A stretch of 64,000 nt of DNA from an uncultured Verrucomicrobiae bacterium (lineage in GTDB: Bacteria > Verrucomicrobiota > Verrucomicrobiia > Limisphaerales > Palsa-1400): positions 2,688,001-2,752,000 of the forward strand of contig CAVXRD010000002.1 of the NCBI GenBank assembly GCA_963764165.1. Reading direction: 5' to 3'. The translations under genes were made by a program, and so were the position numbers. The notes beneath the pieces are model-generated. The model made no database searches, was not told where the DNA came from, and was given only the letters and a program-made list of their open reading frames with translations. This document shows positions 58,696 to 64,000 of the stretch, piece by piece. Every line of letters begins with the position of its first letter. Within the stretch, counting starts at the first letter, position 1.

Positions 58696-59889
58696 TCATC
58701 GCACCTTGACCCGCGGGATGACGGATTGTCCGGGAGAAAGCATGGGCGCGTTGTTGGTGTTGGCGTCGTGCTCGAAAATGATTTTGACAGGAATGCGCTG
58801 GACGACCTTCACGTAATTGCCCGTCGCATTTTCCGCCGGCAGCACACTGAAGCGCGAACCGGAGCCGGCTTGAATGGAATCGACGCGGCCGTGAAGTTTC
58901 AGCTTCGGGAACGCGTCGACTTTGATCGTGACGTCCTGCCCCTGGCGCAAATGCGTGAGCTGGGTTTCCTTAAAATTTGCGGTGACCCAAACGTTCGGAT
59001 CGACAAGCATGAACAACGCCTGCCCGATGGTCACAAAATTTCCGACTTCCACAGTTCGCTCCGTGACGCGGCCGCTGACGGGCGACACAATTTTGCAATA
59101 CCCGAGGTTCACTTCGGCGCGATGGACGCTGGCGGCGGACGTTTGCAACTCGCCTTCCGCCGCTTTCACCATGGCCTCGGCTGTCGTCACGCTGGCATTG
59201 GCCGACACGCGCGAGGCCTTGGCGCGGTCAAGCTGGGCATGCGCATTTTTCTCCGAGGTGGTGGCGTTGTCCAACTGCTGTTGCGAACGGGCGCGCGCGT
59301 CGACTTCCTGGTAGCGTTTCGCGTCGCGGATGGCGTTGTCATATGTAATTTGCGCCGCTTCCACTTCCGCATCGGCCTGCACGACGGAAGCCTTCGCCGA
59401 GCCTACCTGCGCCTTTGCCTGTTCAAGGCGGCCCTGCGCGGCGGCGACTTGGGCTTTGGCCTGCTCAAGGGCCACCAGATAATCGGTCGGATCCAGTTCT
59501 GCCAGCACCTCGCCGGTGTGGACAAATTGATTGTCATCGATGTGCAGGGCAATGACCCGCGCGGAAACCTGCGGGCTGATTTGCGAGACGTGCCCGTCAA
59601 TGTAAGCGTCGTCTGTCGAGACATATTGCCGAAGAATCAACCACAGGACGACGCAAGTCGCGATGACAAGCAACAAGACAATCGGGAATCCGATAAGAAA
59701 TCCGCGCCGCTTGTAAAGGGGCGGTTTTTTGGGCTTCTCTTCCTCGTGGGAGTTTTTGTTGCCAGAAGATTTCTCGCCCTCCGCATCCTTTCCCGGCGAT
59801 TTTTTTTGATCATCTGATTTCGATTCAGGTTCTTGTTGACGGCTAGCTTCGCCGTCTTTCTTTATCTCCGTTTGCCCTTCCTGGCTCAT
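58696..59889 (-). CDS. emrA: HlyD/EmrA membrane fusion protein
   Basis: STDDAYI, WVTANFKETQL, LPAENATGNYVKVVQRIPV. Confidence 0.92.
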   Translation of the reverse strand: MSQEGQTEIKKDGEASRQQEPESKSDDQKKSPGKDAEGEKSSGNKNSHEEEKPKKPPLYKRRGFLIGFPIVLLLVIATCVVLWLILRQYVSTDDAYIDGHVSQISPQVSARVIALHIDDNQFVHTGEVLAELDPTDYLVALEQAKAQVAAAQGRLEQAKAQVGSAKASVVQADAEVEAAQITYDNAIRDAKRYQEVDARARSQQQLDNATTSEKNAHAQLDRAKASRVSANASVTTAEAMVKAAEGELQTSAASVHRAEVNLGYCKIVSPVSGRVTERTVEVGNFVTIGQALFMLVDPNVWVTANFKETQLTHLRQGQDVTIKVDAFPKLKLHGRVDSIQAGSGSRFSVLPAENATGNYVKVVQRIPVKIIFEHDANTNNAPMLSPGQSVIPRVKVR

Positions 59890-59902
59890 CGCGGCCCCCT
59901 CT

Positions 59903-59918
59903 AGCTAGCGGTGTGCCA
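59903..59918 (-). promoter_or_regulatory. Putative sigma54 promoter (emrAB-OMF)
   Basis: TGGCACACCGCTAGCT on the - strand. Confidence 0.7.
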
Positions 59919-60001
59919 TAAGCATTCGTTTGATTGTTCTATGAACCCGACTCCCTCAATTGCAATTTGCACGACCCGCCCCTTCTTATTGCAATTTGCA
60001 T

Positions 60002-61162
60002 TTACGGTATCGAAAGCGCACACCGGAAGCCGATGTTGCTGGCCGAATCCGTGGGCTGATTTCCATATCGATACGAGTTGCGGCAATCCACCGCGTAGTA
60101 GTTCCAATTTCCGCCGCGCCCGACGCGACCGGAGCCTTGATCGGTAGGGCCGCGCGGGTCGGATTGCCAGACGCTTGGATATTGGCCGGCATAATCCCAG
60201 CACCACTCCCAAGCGTTTCCAGCCATGTCATAGAGGCCATAGCCGTTCGGCGCAAACGAGCCAACCGGGCTCGTGTAAGGCATCGAGCCGCTGTCAAAGT
60301 ACTCGTCGTAGCCCGATTCAGGATTGAGGTCGTAAGCATAGGAATTGCTGGCGGCGTAATAGTTCGCGCGCTGCCATGTGATCGTGTCGGTATCCGTCCA
60401 AGGGAAACGATGTCCGGGGACGCCGCCGCGCGCGGCTTTCTCCCATTCCGACTCCGTGGGCAGGCGGTACCCGGAATGCCAATTGACATAGGGCGCCACC
60501 TGGCCGGTTTTGTAAACCTGGGTCATCGCAGCATCGGTGTAATATGCGGGGACGCGCCCTTCCATCTGCGAGCGCGCGTTGCAAAACTTCACGATGTCAT
60601 ACCAATCAATCTCAAGAACCGGATGGTTCGTGGCGTGCCCGGTCCCGGGATAATCGTAGCTATAACCGTTGGTGATGCTCCATCCGACGACCTTGTCCCA
60701 CAAGCCGAGCGTGACTTCGTATTTATCCATGTAAAAGGCGCTGCAGAACACCGGATGCAGGGGCAATTCGTAGGAGGCCCCTTCGTAAAACGTGTCGCCC
60801 ATGATGAAGGTTCCCGGCGGGATCAACGCCATGTTGGGCGGATTAGTGATCCAGTTCGGGTCTGCCACGCGATAAAAAAGCTGGGAGCCGGAAGGATTGA
60901 TCGTATCTGAAAATGTATATGGATTCGTCGTGACGACGATGTTGCTCTTCACTGTCCAATGGATCAGATCCGTCGAAGTTATAATTTGATTGGTGAAGCC
61001 AACTTCCCCAAGGATCGTCATTTGCAAGGTGGTCCCGGTGGCAGTGTAATTGCTGAAAACAGGCTGGCTAAAGGCGGCAGATGCAATGGAGATCGCCGCA
61101 GTGAACGCTAACAAAGGGGCGCGTCCGAGCCGGAATGCGCGCGCAAAAGATATGTCTTTCAT
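60002..61162 (-). CDS. Secreted FGE-sulfatase/SUMF1-domain protein
   Basis: IPPGTFIMG, YEVT, HPV, YRLPTESEWEKAARGG, NGYGLYDMAGNAWEWC, RGG.W, IGFRC. Confidence 0.9.
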   Translation of the reverse strand: MKDISFARAFRLGRAPLLAFTAAISIASAAFSQPVFSNYTATGTTLQMTILGEVGFTNQIITSTDLIHWTVKSNIVVTTNPYTFSDTINPSGSQLFYRVADPNWITNPPNMALIPPGTFIMGDTFYEGASYELPLHPVFCSAFYMDKYEVTLGLWDKVVGWSITNGYSYDYPGTGHATNHPVLEIDWYDIVKFCNARSQMEGRVPAYYTDAAMTQVYKTGQVAPYVNWHSGYRLPTESEWEKAARGGVPGHRFPWTDTDTITWQRANYYAASNSYAYDLNPESGYDEYFDSGSMPYTSPVGSFAPNGYGLYDMAGNAWEWCWDYAGQYPSVWQSDPRGPTDQGSGRVGRGGNWNYYAVDCRNSYRYGNQPTDSASNIGFRCALSIP

Positions 61163-61251
61163 TCTTGACGAACGATAGCAATCGCGCCCGTTCGTCAGGA
61201 TAGAGACTTCACCCCAATCCGTGCGTCAACTTATGGTAGCGCCCGTGACAT

Positions 61252-62532
61252 TTACGTTGCGGGCAAGTCCTCGAGCACTTCGATTTCATCGAGGCCAAAG
61301 AAAAATCGCTCCCCTGCCTGCGATGGCCAGGCGTTGCTCTTATCCGCCTGCGGCGCAAATACCAGCCCCAACAGCACACGCCCCTCGCCGTCTTCTTCGA
61401 TGGATTCAATGGTCGCGGTTTTTCCCGCGAGTTTTGAATCCATGATGGCAGTTTGCTCCGTTGGACGAATGCGAACGCAGTCGCCGGCCCGCAGATCCCG
61501 CCCTTGCGTCAGCACATTTCGCAATGGGGTGCAGGCGTTAAACAAGTCGCTATGCGTTTCGATTTCCGGCGCGCTCTGATCGTTGCTCCACAGGTCTGTG
61601 ATGTCGTCCACATGATGCAGCGCGGGAACTTCGCCTTCGGTCGCATGCACCCGCAACGCCAGCATTTCGTCTTCCCCCGAATCTCCTGCGAAATCAGAAA
61701 TCGATTCCGGCACAATCGGCGGGAAATCGCAAAGTATCACCGGCGACGACAACATGACGTCATGCCCAATCAACACGGGCCACGTCCCGATATTTTTGCA
61801 AAGCGCCGCAAAGGGCGCGAATTTCGCCGGGGGGTCCATCATCGAGCTGAAATGGGCGCCGAAAGATTGAAGGATGGCATGGGTCGAGGCAAAGGTGCGC
61901 ATCATCACAGCGTCCTTGTCACGGCATTGCGCTCCGGTTGTCGGAGTAAGATTCAGGATGCGCACGCTCACTTTGACCAAATCTGTTGCGAGCCGCTCGA
62001 TCTCCGTTTCCACCGCGCCTTCGATTGCCTCCTGGCGGCGCAAAATCGTGGAGCCATCGGTGCTCGGTTTGCCGCCGATTGGCTCCAGAAATCGCACCGC
62101 CGGAAAGGCGAATTTGAGAGTGGCGCGCTGCGATTTGTCGAGATTCTTGAGCGAGACTGGAATTCTCCGCTCCACCGCTTCGAGCCGCGTTTGGTAAGTC
62201 CGCCCGTCCACTTCCAATTCCGCCAGCGCGCGAAATGGAAACTCGGTCGAAACGTAACCCACATCGCGCCACATCGGCTGCAAGAACCGCACGGTGATAT
62301 CGAGCGCTGGGGAATCGTTGCGCAATTCCAGGAGGCACTCCGTTTGCTTCAGGCACGGCTCGTCCCCATAAGGAGATTCGCTGAAATCCTTCGGGCGGAC
62401 GCGTCCAAACGCAAAACCCTCGCGCCGGTTTTTTACCGCCGATGATTGATATGGATAAAGTGTGTAGCCGCCATAATGGACCGCATTGGCGATCTGCTCC
62501 ACTGTCGGCGGCATGGAATCCAGTTCAGGCAT
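61252..62532 (-). CDS. Hypothetical protein of the family that accompanies DUF5947 in hydrogenase clusters (diverged)
   Basis: IANAVHYGGYTLYPY..SAVKNR, CKNIGTWPVL, LSSPVIL, DEMLALR, FFFGLDEIE. Confidence 0.7.
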   Translation of the reverse strand: MPELDSMPPTVEQIANAVHYGGYTLYPYQSSAVKNRREGFAFGRVRPKDFSESPYGDEPCLKQTECLLELRNDSPALDITVRFLQPMWRDVGYVSTEFPFRALAELEVDGRTYQTRLEAVERRIPVSLKNLDKSQRATLKFAFPAVRFLEPIGGKPSTDGSTILRRQEAIEGAVETEIERLATDLVKVSVRILNLTPTTGAQCRDKDAVMMRTFASTHAILQSFGAHFSSMMDPPAKFAPFAALCKNIGTWPVLIGHDVMLSSPVILCDFPPIVPESISDFAGDSGEDEMLALRVHATEGEVPALHHVDDITDLWSNDQSAPEIETHSDLFNACTPLRNVLTQGRDLRAGDCVRIRPTEQTAIMDSKLAGKTATIESIEEDGEGRVLLGLVFAPQADKSNAWPSQAGERFFFGLDEIEVLEDLPAT

Positions 62533-63181
62533 GAATCATTTCCGCGGACTCCGGCCCGCTCACTGTGGCTCGTTCGCGAAGAGAGGCAAAAAAACGATCG
62601 ATCTCGTGCCACATGCTTTCGCCGCCGGACAGCCCGCGCCAATGCAGGCGCATCAGGCCGGCCAGCTCGTAACAGGCGTCCATCGGCGTGATAAAACATT
62701 CCCGCGCGCCGCCGACGCGATTGACCAAAAGCGCCTCCACGTCCGGCTCCATTTCCGCCAGCTCTGGATTCTCCATTTCAAGCCGCTCCCAAAGTTCGCT
62801 GGTGAGCGGCGATTCCGTCGCGCCTGTGCGCGAAGGATAAAGCGCGACAACCTTTCCCGACGCGGTTTCGCGATAGAAAAAGGCGAGGTTGATCGGCATT
62901 GCAAAATCTTCCCACAGCGATTCCGGCAGCGCAAAGTCGGGCAGCAGCCTCGCGCCGCGTGGAATCAGCTTAAAGCGATCCCGCACGAGGTATTGAAATT
63001 TGCGGGCGCATGAGTCACACGAGCAGACCATCTTGCGGGTTGCCATTTCCAAAAGATGCCGGTGAACGCCCGGGACAGGCGTTTTGCAAAACTGGCAGCG
63101 CTCGATGGCCGCGCGCTGCTGGGCGATGCGCCGCATCAGGGCAACAGTGGCAAGATTTCGTGTGACAGCTTCGTAACTCAT
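62525..63181 (-). CDS. DUF5947-like protein
   Basis: ERCQFC, HRHL, CSCDSC, PINLAFF, YPS..GATES, PDVEALL, PMDACYELAG, WRGLSGG. Confidence 0.8.
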   Translation of the reverse strand: MSYEAVTRNLATVALMRRIAQQRAAIERCQFCKTPVPGVHRHLLEMATRKMVCSCDSCARKFQYLVRDRFKLIPRGARLLPDFALPESLWEDFAMPINLAFFYRETASGKVVALYPSRTGATESPLTSELWERLEMENPELAEMEPDVEALLVNRVGGARECFITPMDACYELAGLMRLHWRGLSGGESMWHEIDRFFASLRERATVSGPESAEMIHA

Positions 63182-63394
63182 TTTGAGCGCGGGTTAATTA
63201 TCCAGCAATTCCCCGCCGCACCTATTAGCACGAAGAATACCGCGAACGAGCACATTTATAACTATCTATGCGGCAGCGCTTTAGGTTTTATCCATTTCGC
63301 AGGGCGCATTCATTCTTGTTGCATCTTGCCAATCCAGCGCATGGCTTGTTGCAGAAAGCAACGGGAGTACACCCCATATCGTTTGACAGGCCTT

Positions 63395-63410
63395 TGGCAT
63401 GACCCTAGCT
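63395..63410 (+). promoter_or_regulatory. Putative sigma54 promoter (DUF3185, possibly actA)
   Basis: TGGCATGACCCTAGCT. Confidence 0.65.
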
Positions 63411-63423
63411 AAACGGAAAATCT

Positions 63424-63627
63424 ATGAAACAAATTGTAGGCATTGCATTGCTGGTCGTCGGAATCATCTGCTTGTGCATGGGATACGACTCCTATCACTC
63501 AGCCGCTTCCGGCGTTTCGCGTGTGGTCACGGGAACTTCCACGGACAAAACCCTCTGGCTTGTCGTTGGAGGCATTGCGGCTGCCGTCGTCGGACTGGGC
63601 AGTTTGCTCATGGGCCGGCGGGCGTAA
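63424..63627 (+). CDS. DUF3185-like small membrane protein
   Basis: Two TMs flanking S.ASGVSRVVTGTSTDKTLW. Confidence 0.82.
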   Translation: MKQIVGIALLVVGIICLCMGYDSYHSAASGVSRVVTGTSTDKTLWLVVGGIAAAVVGLGSLLMGRRA

Positions 63628-63694
63628 GGTCCGGCCTCGCCAATCGCAGGGCTGATCACCGCAGGCTGCGCGCGCCGCGCTTGCCGTTGACTCG

Positions 63695-64000
63695 ATGGCT
63701 CAATTATTCACGCCACGCGCCAACACCGTCGCCAGGGCAAGCATCCTGGGGGGTGGGTTGGCGGTCGTTTTTGCGGGCTGGGCGTGGGGCGAAATTTTTT
63801 GGTCGCCTTACACAACGCGCGTGAATGCGCCCTTGAGCCAGCCGGTTCCGTTCAGCCACCGCCATCATGCCGAACAACTCGGGATTGATTGCCGGTACTG
63901 CCACACTTCCGTGGAAAAATCGGCGTTCGCGGGACTGCCGGACACGGAAACGTGCATGACGTGCCATTCGCAATTATTCACGGATGCGCCTCTGCTCGCG
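63695..64000 (+). CDS. actA: Alternative complex III multiheme cytochrome c subunit (5' part; runs off the window)
   Basis: Not in the ORF track. Manual translation MAQLFTPRAN...QPVPFSHRHH..LGIDCRYCHTSVE..AFAGLP.TETCMTCHSQ, two CxxCH motifs. Confidence 0.9.
   Translation, partial: MAQLFTPRANTVARASILGGGLAVVFAGWAWGEIFWSPYTTRVNAPLSQPVPFSHRHHAEQLGIDCRYCHTSVEKSAFAGLPDTETCMTCHSQLFTDAPLLA

Noticed and set aside
60002..60140. C-terminus of the FGE/CLec-fold protein as a DGR variable region
   Set aside because: No template repeat and no reverse transcriptase in the window.
63192..63225. Sigma54 motif upstream of the DUF5947-like gene (also candidates before 49112 and actA)
   Set aside because: GG-GC spacing is 9 or 11 rather than 10, or the GG is missing.
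63704..63973. Minus-strand 89-aa ORF
   Set aside because: Shadow of actA, which has clear CxxCH motifs on the + strand.

Overview
A GC-rich bacterial chromosome segment, probably Verrucomicrobiota (inferred from a PEP-CTERM protein, a Verrucomicrobia-style 'STDL..W..FYR' domain and the repeat families). 1-36 kb is mostly housekeeping and metabolic: AraC regulator, PEP-CTERM protein, two-component genes, ltaE, ribD-ribE, sua5, a MacAB-type ABC exporter, dps, an IS1182 element inserted in a REP hairpin, D-aminoacylase, SSS-galK, gnd, a serine hydrolase, carbonic anhydrase and flotillin-NfeD. 36-41.3 kb is a decaying defence-type island in which two cargo modules (YwgA-like + HD dNTPase-like; zeta-toxin ATPase + small partner) each sit between an hsdS 3' fragment and an hsdM 5' fragment, with no intact type I RM gene. 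41.3-64 kb is a general-stress island (PaoABC-XdhC-MocA, YbhB, PfpI, DUF4142, MgtC, YciF, AKR, Gfo/Idh/MocA, CsbD, EmrAB-OMF, DUF3185) ending in the start of actA. Eight of its genes carry sigma54 -24/-12 motifs, and five of these also have a paired upstream TGCA-N3-TGCA motif. Several nested REP/MITE-like repeat families are scattered through the window. No rRNA, tRNA or CRISPR array was seen. All family assignments come from motif recognition by eye; no database search was run.
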